This document shows positions 16,267 to 24,549 of a DNA stretch of 28,436 bases, one piece after another. Within the stretch, counting starts at the first letter, position 1; each line of letters opens with the position of its first letter. The position numbers were made by a program, and so were the translations under genes. The DNA comes from an uncultured bacterium (GTDB lineage: Bacteria > Macinerneyibacteriota > Macinerneyibacteria > Macinerneyibacteriales > DSCS01): contig CAZJQC010000005.1 of assembly GCA_964548195.1 (NCBI GenBank), forward strand, positions 28,054 through 56,489, in the 5' to 3' direction. The notes below the pieces were generated by a model. It made no database searches and was not told the DNA's origin. It was given only the letters and a program-made list of their open reading frames with translations.

Positions 16267-17263
16267 TTTTCTGCTCCCCGAATAACGCTTCTTTCACTTT
16301 TTCGGCTATCTCCTCAAGAAGTTCGGGTGAGGACTTGAGATATTCCTCGACATTGCTCTTGCCCTGCCCAAGCCTCATATCGTTATACGAATACCATGAC
16401 CCGCTTTTATCCATAATATCCATATCCGCGGCAAGGTCGATTATCTCGCCGGTCCTGGATATGCCCTCGCCGAAAATGATCTGAACATGCGCGATCTTAA
16501 AAGGCGGCGCAAGCTTGTTTTTCACTATCTTGACCTTGACCTCGTTGCCCACGTCATCCGCGCCGTTTTTGATCGACCCGGTCCTTCTGATGTCTATTCT
16601 CAGAGAGGCATAGAACTTCAGCGCATTGCCACCCGTGGTTGTCTCGGGGTTCCCGAACATGATGCCTATTTTCATCCTGATCTGATTAAGAAAGACCAGC
16701 GCCGTCTTCGTCTTATTGATGACTCCGGTGAGTTTTCTCAACGCCTGCGACATGAGCCTTGCCTGAAGCCCCATATGCGAGTCGCCCATGTCGCCCTCGA
16801 TCTCCGCTCGCGGAGTAAGCGCTGCCACGGAATCCACTACGATGATATCGACGGCGGAACTTCGCACCAGTGTCTCCACTATATCCAGCGCCTGTTCGCC
16901 GTTGTCAGGCTGGGATACAAGGAGGTTGTCAATATCAACGCCGAGGTTCCTCGCGTAAACGGGGTCCAGGGCATGCTCCGCGTCTATGAAAGCGGCCACC
17001 CCGCCCTTCCTCTGGCATTCGGCTATTATGTGCAGAGCCAGGGTGGTCTTCCCGGATGATTCGGGACCGTATATTTCAGTCACCCTTCCCCTGGGTATGC
17101 CTCCGACACCCGTGGCGTTGTCTATTTTTAAAGAGCCCGTGGATATCACCTCGGCATCCAGGTGAAAATCCCCTCCGAGTTTCATTATGGTTCCTTTACC
17201 GTAATCTTTCTCCAACTGGCTGATGGCCTTCTCCAGCATCTTGCCTTTTGCATCATCCGACAT
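16229..17263 (-). CDS. recA: recombinase A
   Basis: Start ATG 17263 with SD AAGGAGG. Walker [38 protein letters not shown]. Confidence 0.99.
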   Translation of the reverse strand: MSDDAKGKMLEKAISQLEKDYGKGTIMKLGGDFHLDAEVISTGSLKIDNATGVGGIPRGRVTEIYGPESSGKTTLALHIIAECQRKGGVAAFIDAEHALDPVYARNLGVDIDNLLVSQPDNGEQALDIVETLVRSSAVDIIVVDSVAALTPRAEIEGDMGDSHMGLQARLMSQALRKLTGVINKTKTALVFLNQIRMKIGIMFGNPETTTGGNALKFYASLRIDIRRTGSIKNGADDVGNEVKVKIVKNKLAPPFKIAHVQIIFGEGISRTGEIIDLAADMDIMDKSGSWYSYNDMRLGQGKSNVEEYLKSSPELLEEIAEKVKEALFGEQKNENHRSGDSEEE

Positions 17264-17292
17264 GTGGACCTCCTTTAAGGACACTTTCTCAT

Positions 17293-17320
17293 ATTATAAC
17301 TAATGAAATGTTTTATTCAA
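17293..17320 (-). promoter_or_regulatory. putative recA promoter
   Basis: TTGAAT (17320-17315), 16-bp spacer, perfect TATAAT (17298-17293). Confidence 0.6.
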
Positions 17321-17338
17321 GAATGTTTTAACAGTGAC

Positions 17339-18049
17339 TCAGAGGCCCAGGACTTCCCGGACTTTTTTCACATATGTCTTTCCGGCCTTCAAAACAGTCC
17401 CTTCTTTATCCTTAAGTCCGATATTCAGCTCCCCCAGAAACCATTTCTTTACGGAAACGATCTTGTCAAGCGCCACGATCGTGTTTCTGTGTATGCGCAG
17501 GAATTTCGACGGGTCAAGCATGTCCTCAAGCTGGCGCAGATTCATGTCAAAAAAATACCTTCCGTCATAAGTGTAAAGGAATACGTACCTGTCCTCCGAC
17601 CTGAAAAAAAAGATCTCCTCCCGCCTGACAATGTGCATGTCCTCTCCCGCTTTGACGGGAAAGATGTCCGCGCGCCTTTCACTGCTGTTTTCCTTCACTG
17701 CTGCCCTGAGTCTGGCCACGGCCTTTTTCAGCCGCTGAAGCTCAACAGGCTTGAGCAGATAGTCGATCCCTTCCTCTTCAAACGCCCTGACCGCGAACTC
17801 ATCATATGCGGTCGTAAACACCACCGGGCAACCGTGTGTCGTCTCACGCAACACGCCGAACCCGTCCAGTTCGGGCAGCTCCACGTCAAGAAAGACGGCA
17901 TCAGGCCTCATCGCATCGATCATGTCCACGGCTTCCCTTCCGTCCGACGCCACGGCCAGGACCTCCACATCCGGGAAATTTCCCAGCAGTTTCTCAAGCC
18001 TTGCCGCCGAAAGGCGTTCATCCTCCACTATTAAGACCCGCATGCTCAC
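17339..18049 (-). CDS. LytTR-family response regulator
   Basis: Receiver domain LIVEDE, VFLDVELP (phospho-Asp), FTTAYDEFA, DYLLKP; LytTR domain FLRIHRNTIV. Start is GTG 18049 or ATG 18043, behind GGAGG. Confidence 0.96.
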   Translation of the reverse strand: MSMRVLIVEDERLSAARLEKLLGNFPDVEVLAVASDGREAVDMIDAMRPDAVFLDVELPELDGFGVLRETTHGCPVVFTTAYDEFAVRAFEEEGIDYLLKPVELQRLKKAVARLRAAVKENSSERRADIFPVKAGEDMHIVRREEIFFFRSEDRYVFLYTYDGRYFFDMNLRQLEDMLDPSKFLRIHRNTIVALDKIVSVKKWFLGELNIGLKDKEGTVLKAGKTYVKKVREVLGL

Positions 18050-19046
18050 GAGGCACCTCCATGGTTATTCTGGATCCCGCTCCGGCCTCAGACCATATAT
18101 GCAGCGAGGCTTTCCTGCCGTAGGCAAGATCAAGCCGGTCTCTTATGCCTTTCAGTCCGAAACCATCATGCCTTTCCCCCGTATTAAAACCGTTCCCGTC
18201 ATCGCATACCTGTAACTGAATGGTCGCATTTTTCCCCGGCCTGGCGCTGACGATGATTTTTCCGCCCATACGCTTCTTCGATATGCCGTGTATGACAGCG
18301 TTCTCCACCATGGCCTGCACGCTCAGAAGCGGGACCAGGACATCATCAGCGACTCTATCTATGAGAAACTCGTAGTCAAGCCTCTCCTCAAGCCGCATCT
18401 TTTCAACCTCAAGATAATCTTTGACAAGGCTCATCTCCTCTTCAAGCCTTACCAGTTCCCGATGTTCGTCAAGCACCGCGCGATACAGCCGCGAGAGGCT
18501 CATGACCGTCGATTCCACTTTTTCCGGGCTTATATAAGCCAGTTCGGCCAATACGCTCAGCGTATTGAATAAAAAATGGGGATTGACCCTGGCTCTCAGG
18601 GAGGCGAGTTTCGCAAGCGCGTTTTCTTTTTCCAGCTGGAGTATTCTTTTGGATTTTAACAGTATGCTGCTTTCATAGACAAAAAACCTGTACGCTACGA
18701 CGGTGGCGATGATGCCCACGGCGACATTCAGGAGGATGACCCTCCCCGCGTTGGAACTAATATCATAGCCCCACAGCAGTTTTAGCAGGGCATTGGCCGA
18801 TGCCGTGGCGGTGATGACCACTGCCACTTCTCCCAGAAGTATGGCTATGATGTTCTTACGGAGAAAAGCAAACAACTTTATCTTAAAATAAAAATAACTC
18901 ATCGTCCCTATGAAATGGGAGTAGACCGTTGACACCAGCAGACGGCCTGTAAAAAAGGAGACATCTCCAATAATGACGGTAAGAAGCAGCGCGATCACTG
19001 TCGCTATAAACTGGTTTATGAAAAACATCTTCAGGAGATCGTGCAA
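18018..19046 (-). CDS. LytS/YehU-type sensor histidine kinase with a small multi-TM input domain
   Basis: H-box ARVNPHFLFNTL, YLEVEKMRL, N-box VENAVIHG, G-boxes DDGNG and GFGLKGIRDRL. About 4 hydrophobic segments at the N-terminus. TTG start behind GGAAGGTG. Confidence 0.95.
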   Translation of the reverse strand: MHDLLKMFFINQFIATVIALLLTVIIGDVSFFTGRLLVSTVYSHFIGTMSYFYFKIKLFAFLRKNIIAILLGEVAVVITATASANALLKLLWGYDISSNAGRVILLNVAVGIIATVVAYRFFVYESSILLKSKRILQLEKENALAKLASLRARVNPHFLFNTLSVLAELAYISPEKVESTVMSLSRLYRAVLDEHRELVRLEEEMSLVKDYLEVEKMRLEERLDYEFLIDRVADDVLVPLLSVQAMVENAVIHGISKKRMGGKIIVSARPGKNATIQLQVCDDGNGFNTGERHDGFGLKGIRDRLDLAYGRKASLHIWSEAGAGSRITMEVPREHAGLNSGG

Positions 19047-19063
19047 AAGTCACCTTCCAGTGA

Positions 19064-19081
19064 GGGGGCATCCATGCCCCC
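19064..19081. other. intra-operon GC hairpin
   Basis: Perfect inverted repeat GGGGGCAT-CC-ATGCCCCC between the propeller lipoprotein stop and the kinase SD; no U-tract. Confidence 0.55.
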
Positions 19082-19087
19082 GGTCCG

Positions 19088-20149
19088 TTACTTTTTCAGC
19101 AATATAAAAGCAGTGGCGGCGTCCGACTGCGGCATTAGCCGTTCCAGGTCTTCTGCCCCGGCAAGCAGCATTATATACTGATCATTTACGCCGACGATGC
19201 CCATGCCCGGCGACTTGTCCACACCTTTTATCTTAAACTTGCTGACATACTTTCCTGTCTCCGTATCAAACACATGTATGAAGAAAGGATAATCCTGTGA
19301 CTGGAAACCGTCAGAGTCGATCTCATAGCCGTTTACTGAAGACACATAAAGCTTCCCGTCATAATACTTCATGGCAGGCACCATCATGTCGCCCTCGGGA
19401 AACGACATCCCCATGGAATTGTCCCAGACGACTTCTCTGTAATTCCTCTCCGCTTTTTTCGCTATTGTGAGTTTTTTCACTCCGCCGATGTCATACGCCT
19501 CTATGGTGAAAGGAGCGTTGAAGTATCCAAGATAGACGTCACCGTTCTCGCTGTTGCAGGCAAGGACGCCGCCTTTGAAGAGGACTCCATTGTCAGGCAT
19601 CTCTACTTTCTCATACTTAAGGTTCACCCGCAGGTCTCCGGTCTCCCTGTCAATAACGGCCAGCCTCGTCTGCATGCCTCCGTTGAATACAAATCCTTCG
19701 GGCGCCACTTCAAAGACATGCGGATACCCCAGACTTTCCTTAATAAGCACCTCGTTAACATATTCGCCCTCTATGTCATAGACATTGACTCTGTACGCCA
19801 CCTGGTCATACACATAGATCATATCGTCATGTACCCGCACGCTTCCCGGGAAAAGCAGCTCTCCCGGCCCTTTTCCCTTGGAAAACTCAAGCGTCCTGAT
19901 CTCTTTGCCTTCAAAGTCCTTGAGATGGAGAAGCACTTTCTCCGACCTGTTCTGCATATAAAAAATGCCTCCGCTGTAAAAACCGCATACGTCCGCCGGA
20001 TTCATGATAGCTGAAAAATCAGCAGCCTCGATCACACGCGCTATCTCAAGCTCCCTTTCGCCCTCCGCAGGCTGCAGTCCGTTCTTTACAACACCCCCGG
20101 AACACGAAGCCAGCGCCACTGCAATAACCGTAAACAATATCTTTTTCAT
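19088..20149 (-). CDS. lipoprotein, probable 6-bladed beta-propeller
   Basis: Lipobox ALAS-C; KGKGPGEL..P, IYVYDQ..RVNVYDIEGEYV, IEAYDIGG and IHVFDTETG blade-like repeats. SD GGAGGTG. Confidence 0.8.
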   Translation of the reverse strand: MKKILFTVIAVALASCSGGVVKNGLQPAEGERELEIARVIEAADFSAIMNPADVCGFYSGGIFYMQNRSEKVLLHLKDFEGKEIRTLEFSKGKGPGELLFPGSVRVHDDMIYVYDQVAYRVNVYDIEGEYVNEVLIKESLGYPHVFEVAPEGFVFNGGMQTRLAVIDRETGDLRVNLKYEKVEMPDNGVLFKGGVLACNSENGDVYLGYFNAPFTIEAYDIGGVKKLTIAKKAERNYREVVWDNSMGMSFPEGDMMVPAMKYYDGKLYVSSVNGYEIDSDGFQSQDYPFFIHVFDTETGKYVSKFKIKGVDKSPGMGIVGVNDQYIMLLAGAEDLERLMPQSDAATAFILLKK

Positions 20150-20200
20150 ACCCCACCTCCATGAGACAATAATAGTCCCATTTATCCGTTTTTCAACCGG

Positions 20201-20830
20201 CTATTTCTTCTTCAGTTCTTTGGCCAGTTCCGCCGCTCTCTCATAAAAAGCCGAATCTTCATCAATTTTTGACAATATCCGGATCGCATCCTTTTGGCCG
20301 CCGCCCGAGGCAAGCGCCGTCGCATACCGGTACCTGAACATGTTTTCAGCTTCACGCATCGTGCCATCTTCCCCCATATAGAGACTCACGAGTTCCAGGT
20401 CCCGGGCTGTGGGCCTTTTAGAAGCCGCCAGACAGTGTCTCAGATCTGACACCGCATCCTTGCGCCGCCCGAAAATCGCAGGCAGGTTCATGGAGCAGAG
20501 GCCCCGTTCCCAAAACACCCACAGCGTGGGGCTTTCCGCAGAAACGGCATTGTCCAGCCATTTCATGCCTTTTTTCACAAAATTAAGTTTGCCCATCATA
20601 TCTTCTGCGTCCCGGGCCTTCAGTATATAAGATGAACCCAGCATTGCCTCATGCCACGGGTCTTCAGTCTCGGCAAACAGGCCTTCAAAGATCTCAATCG
20701 CCTTGTCCACAGCTGATTTGTCTCCATTGGCCCCTTCCAGATAAGCCGCTCTTCCGCCGGACTCCGTCCCCGGGAAGGCAACAGCGTAAAAAGCCATTAT
20801 AGCCGCTATGACACACATCCACCTTTTCAT
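20201..20830 (-). CDS. exported alpha-helical (TPR-like) protein of unknown function
   Basis: Signal peptide; helical pattern AIEIFE...AMLGSSYILKARD...KKGMKWLDNAV...NLPAIFGR...FRYRYATAL. SD AAGGAGG. Confidence 0.75.
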   Translation of the reverse strand: MKRWMCVIAAIMAFYAVAFPGTESGGRAAYLEGANGDKSAVDKAIEIFEGLFAETEDPWHEAMLGSSYILKARDAEDMMGKLNFVKKGMKWLDNAVSAESPTLWVFWERGLCSMNLPAIFGRRKDAVSDLRHCLAASKRPTARDLELVSLYMGEDGTMREAENMFRYRYATALASGGGQKDAIRILSKIDEDSAFYERAAELAKELKKK

Positions 20831-20860
20831 AAAAACCTCCTTTGGTTTGTCTTCTGTCAG

Positions 20861-20929
20861 ATTATACGGAAACCGCCCTGTAAGGTGAACCTAATTCCTA
20901 CCAACAGCCTCATCTTGACTACGAACGGT
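20861..20929 (-). promoter_or_regulatory. LytTR-dependent promoter: direct-repeat box plus -10 element
   Basis: ACCGTTCGTA (20929-20920) - 11 bp - GCTGTTGGTA (20908-20899), 21-bp period, ending 32 bp upstream of a perfect TATAAT (20866-20861). The -35 is poor (TTCACC). Confidence 0.7.
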
Positions 20930-21160
20930 GTTTCAGGCGCCACGTATGCCTTCCGAAAAGCGCAGATCCTCATCTTGAAAGCCTGTGCGCGGGGACGCTC
21001 CCGGGCGTGGTACGCAGAAACGGCGTGATGTGGTTGTTTAAAACAAAGCCGCACGCAAGCCGGACCGTGGACATCGTCCGGACAACCCCTGCGTGGAAAC
21101 ATTGCATATCTTCCGCATCGTTTCCGGCAGGTCTCTAAAATATATGGTTTGGGGGGGAAA

Positions 21161-21186
21161 GCGGGAAGGCATCGAAGCCTCCCCGC
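21161..21186 (-). terminator. intrinsic terminator after the outer-membrane barrel gene
   Basis: Minus-strand stem GCGGGGAGGC-TTCGAT-GCCTTCCCGC (one G-U pair) followed by TTT, just after tandem TGA TGA stops. Confidence 0.7.
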
Positions 21187-21194
21187 GAATGTCA

Positions 21195-22676
21195 TCAGAA
21201 ACTGTATTTAAGAGCCATGCCCACCGAATTTGTATCGGTCCACTCGGCAAACTGCTGTATGCGCAATATGGAGTCACTCATGCCGCCAGCCATGATCGAG
21301 GCGGCCACCTGCTCGGCAGTGGCGCCGCCGAGCGATCCCTCGTAAGGACGGAGAGCATCGGCTATATCATCCATGACGGCTTCGCCGCTCAGCGTCGAGT
21401 CCTTCTTTCCCTTAAGTCCGTAATAGAAAAAGGAAAGCTCAAGCCCCTTCTTCACAGGGATAGAATATTCGAGATGATACGAATAATCAAGGTTCGCAAC
21501 TGCCCATATGACTTCGCTGTCTCCGCCGTAATTCACAAAATAGGGGGCAAGTCCGGACAGTGAGGGGTTGGACGCGAGCACGCTTGCAAGCGTGCCTTCC
21601 GGCAGCCCGCTCATGCCGTTGAAATCATCCGTGCGCACCGAAGTATAGTCGGCCGAAAACTTTCCCGGGAGCCCCAGGAACTTCATGTCGACATTGGCGC
21701 CATAGGTCAGAAACGCGCCGTCGATGGATCTTGACGGCGCACCGTCGGTAGGTACCTGATCCCCTGATACGGACTGATATCCGATATAAGGCATAAAACC
21801 TTTCAGGTCATATACTATCTGCGCATTTAAGAGCGTATGTTTGTATTTGCCGTCATATTCATAGATCTCATTATCGACTTCTGTCCTTGTGACCTTTGTG
21901 CCTCCGGCTTCACCCGAAACAAACTGGGCGGCTCCGTTCAAACCGAAACCCCATTTTTTTGCTTCGAACCAGACGACCTTGTTCAAGGCGCTGTCAATAT
22001 TCATGCCCGTTCCGATAAGCGATATGTCTCCCGCTCCTCTTACAAGAGCCGCGCCTATGCCGGTATCGGGTGTCACGTGGAAATCGAGCTGCACCATCGG
22101 AAAGGTGGTCAGCGCGGAAGCCGTGTAAAAGACGAAATCCTCATCCTCGGTGTCGCCTATATAGAAATGGGAATACGCGGCATTGGCCGTGGCCTTTACC
22201 GAGCCGACGCCCAGCGTTATGCCGAAAGGCCTGCCGCCTTTTACTTCAAACGGCCTGTACATGACAAAGAAATTATCTATCTCGACGACCTCTTCAGTCG
22301 TCTCGGAATCACTGGCCTCCAGATTAGAGGGGTCATAAAAATACTTCACGTCGGGGTCATTCGCGTCGACCCTTATCTGCATGACACCGAACCACGGTGA
22401 TACGCCGGGTTTACCCACGGAAAAATTAAGTTTCCCATGCGCCCTGAAGTTCTGCGAAGCCCTGTAATTGGCGCCCGCCCTGTTAAACAGCCCGGCCTCG
22501 GGGCTATCCAGAGGGGTGGCGAAGCCGTCTTCGTATTTGGCTATTATGACAAAATCACCGGAGATCTTAAGATCGTCCGGAAAAAGTTTTGAAACGACGT
22601 CCTGCGCCTGTCCATACAGCGCGCCAGAGACAAAAACCGTTATTAGCATAACGACAAAAGCCTTCCTCAAACTCAT
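21195..22676 (-). CDS. exported protein, probable outer-membrane beta-barrel (porin-like), unknown family
   Basis: Probable start ATG 22676 (SD AAGGAGGT; MSLRKAF signal peptide). LKISGDF first strand, EIDNFFVMY, amphipathic strands and C-terminal VGMALKYSF (BAM beta-signal). Confidence 0.75.
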   Translation of the reverse strand: MSLRKAFVVMLITVFVSGALYGQAQDVVSKLFPDDLKISGDFVIIAKYEDGFATPLDSPEAGLFNRAGANYRASQNFRAHGKLNFSVGKPGVSPWFGVMQIRVDANDPDVKYFYDPSNLEASDSETTEEVVEIDNFFVMYRPFEVKGGRPFGITLGVGSVKATANAAYSHFYIGDTEDEDFVFYTASALTTFPMVQLDFHVTPDTGIGAALVRGAGDISLIGTGMNIDSALNKVVWFEAKKWGFGLNGAAQFVSGEAGGTKVTRTEVDNEIYEYDGKYKHTLLNAQIVYDLKGFMPYIGYQSVSGDQVPTDGAPSRSIDGAFLTYGANVDMKFLGLPGKFSADYTSVRTDDFNGMSGLPEGTLASVLASNPSLSGLAPYFVNYGGDSEVIWAVANLDYSYHLEYSIPVKKGLELSFFYYGLKGKKDSTLSGEAVMDDIADALRPYEGSLGGATAEQVAASIMAGGMSDSILRIQQFAEWTDTNSVGMALKYSF

Positions 22677-22706
22677 ACGAACCTCCTTATTAAAGATAAT
22701 GGAACG

Positions 22707-22735
22707 ATTTTCCCAGCGATTCAAGGCTTTGTCAA
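22707..22735 (-). promoter_or_regulatory. putative sigma70 promoter for the barrel gene
   Basis: TTGACA (22735-22730), 17 bp, GAAAAT (22712-22707). Confidence 0.5.
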
Positions 22736-22775
22736 GATAAAAATGAATCATATTCACGAACGAATATTCATGAAT

Positions 22776-23528
22776 CTATTTAAACGGGGGTAATCCGAGC
22801 AGTTTCCAGGCCATGAGGAATACCGCGGTCAGCAGGACCACCTTGATCCACTTGTCGCCTTTCCTGACTGCGAACACCGTCCCAAGCCATCCCCCCAGGC
22901 CGTTTCCTGCCGCCAGCACGAGGCCGTAGACAAGGTTTATCTTCCCGGAGCCTATAAAGACCGAGAGTGAGGGTATGGTATAGATGAAGACGATGATGAT
23001 CTTCAATCCGTTGATCTGCACCAGGGACATCCCCGGCACGGTCGACAATACTGCTATGATTATAAATCCGACACCTGCCTGTATGAACCCGCCGTAAAGC
23101 CCGATGAAAAAGAAGCCTGCCATAAGGGCTGCCGTCACCCTGACGCTTACCTTTTCGCCGCCAGTCCTTCCTCGATTTTTGGAAAGTATCAGCACTATGC
23201 TCATGAACATCACAGCGGCAATGATCTTCCTGAATATGTCGTCGGGTATCCTGACCGCCGCCATGGAACCGAGAGTAGCCCCGATCACCGCCGGTATGGA
23301 AAGCAGCAGCGCGGGTTTCCAGTCAAAATAACCGCTTTTTCGAAACCGCAGAGTGCTTATGCCGTTCTGCAGCAGCAGGGCGATCTTGTTGGTCCCGATG
23401 GCGACGTCCGCCGGAAGCCGGAACAACATCAGCAGCGGCATCGTGATCAGCGACCCGCCGCCGGCATTCACATTGAGAAATCCGGCCGCCACTCCCGCCA
23501 AAGCCAAATATATCAGTTTGAATTCCAT
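22776..23528 (-). CDS. TSUP (TauE/SafE sulfite exporter family) membrane protein
   Basis: AGFLNVNAGGGSLIT.P, AIGTNK, GLYGGFIQAGVG; 250 aa, polytopic. Confidence 0.93.
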   Translation of the reverse strand: MEFKLIYLALAGVAAGFLNVNAGGGSLITMPLLMLFRLPADVAIGTNKIALLLQNGISTLRFRKSGYFDWKPALLLSIPAVIGATLGSMAAVRIPDDIFRKIIAAVMFMSIVLILSKNRGRTGGEKVSVRVTAALMAGFFFIGLYGGFIQAGVGFIIIAVLSTVPGMSLVQINGLKIIIVFIYTIPSLSVFIGSGKINLVYGLVLAAGNGLGGWLGTVFAVRKGDKWIKVVLLTAVFLMAWKLLGLPPFK

Positions 23529-23529
23529 A

Positions 23530-24453
23530 TCATCGCCCCATTTCCGTTAAGAACCTCATGACGTCGGAACAAAGCGACATGGACGTAGGCATGCCTCCCG
23601 CGCCGGGCCCGTAGAAAAAGGTCTTCCCGGTTTTCGCGGAAAGCACCTCAGCGCCGTTATATTCACACTCGGTGTTATGCAGCAGACTTTCCTCAAAATA
23701 CAGCTCAAGCCCGACGCCCAGCACCCCCGCCTCCGCGGAAAAACGTCCGGCCAACCTGTCCCTGCCGTGTTCCGGGGGGATATACCCGTCCGGTATGCCG
23801 CTCACCGGAAAACTCCCCCATGCCGGCAGTATGCCGGTGGCCGTATACGCTATGAGAGAGATCTTATGCGCCGTATCCGTGCCGTCAGTGTCAAGCGAAG
23901 CGTCGGCTTCGGCAAAACCTTTTTCCCTCGCTTCGGCAAGAGCCGCATAAAACGTTTTGCCCCGCCTCATCATCGTCAGAATGTAATTGGCGGTACCGTT
24001 CAACACCGCGTCCACACGGAGTATTTCCTCTCTGAGCGCGATGTCCCGCAATCCCGCGATGAGCGGCATGCCGCCCCCGACGGCCGCTTCATAACCTATC
24101 ATGCGGCCCGATCCGGCGTTTAAAAAAGGATGCCCCTTTTCGGCAAGCATGGCCTTGTTGGCCGTCACATAAGGCTTGCCGGAATCCATGGCGGCTTTCA
24201 TCATGTCAAATGGCGCGTCCGTTCCGCCCGCCGCCTCGACGACGATATCGCCTCTGCTCACGGCCGTATGATAATCATCCGTGAAGACGCTGTCCGCCAG
24301 CTCCCTTTTGGACGCATCCCTGTCGCACAAAGCGGACAATGTCAATTCCACGCCGGCGCGGGTGCGCGCGGCCTCCCTCAACGCCCCGAAATTTTTCAGG
24401 AAAGCGGACCCTACCGTCCCCGCCCCTATCAATGCAAGTCCGATCTTCTTCAT
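23530..24453 (-). CDS. hom: homoserine dehydrogenase (no C-terminal ACT domain)
   Basis: Probable start MKKIG at 24453. Rossmann GAGTVG, VTANKA, YEAAVGGGMP, LNGTANYIL, GFAEAD..LD.DG.DTAHK, GPGAGG.PT. Confidence 0.92.
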   Translation of the reverse strand: MKKIGLALIGAGTVGSAFLKNFGALREAARTRAGVELTLSALCDRDASKRELADSVFTDDYHTAVSRGDIVVEAAGGTDAPFDMMKAAMDSGKPYVTANKAMLAEKGHPFLNAGSGRMIGYEAAVGGGMPLIAGLRDIALREEILRVDAVLNGTANYILTMMRRGKTFYAALAEAREKGFAEADASLDTDGTDTAHKISLIAYTATGILPAWGSFPVSGIPDGYIPPEHGRDRLAGRFSAEAGVLGVGLELYFEESLLHNTECEYNGAEVLSAKTGKTFFYGPGAGGMPTSMSLCSDVMRFLTEMGR

Positions 24454-24468
24454 AAACACCCCGCATCC

Positions 24469-24497
24469 ATTATACCCGAATGGAAAAGGTAATGAAA
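24469..24497 (-). promoter_or_regulatory. putative hom promoter (divergent from the MFS promoter)
   Basis: Perfect TATAAT (24474-24469) with a weak -35 TTTCAT at 17 bp. Confidence 0.45.
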
Positions 24498-24510
24498 GTG
24501 ATTTATCGGA

Positions 24511-24539
24511 TTGACACCCTCCCGGCGGAAGTGTAAAAT
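24511..24539 (+). promoter_or_regulatory. sigma70 promoter for the MFS operon
   Basis: TTGACA (24511-24516), 17 bp, TAAAAT (24534-24539). Confidence 0.7.
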
Positions 24540-24549
24540 CCAAACTGCC

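Noticed and set aside
21124..21137. AGAGACCTGCC resembling the 3' end of a cobalamin riboswitch
   Set aside because: No upstream B12-element core is visible; the upstream sequence is the previous gene's terminator.
20857..21195. 112-aa minus-strand ORF starting in the TGATGA of the barrel gene
   Set aside because: It runs through a terminator, hairpins and the LytTR promoter, and its Arg/Cys/Pro-rich composition looks non-coding.
21161..21197. TGA TGA followed by a hairpin as selenocysteine recoding
   Set aside because: The protein ends in a canonical barrel C-terminal Phe, and the hairpin has terminator form.
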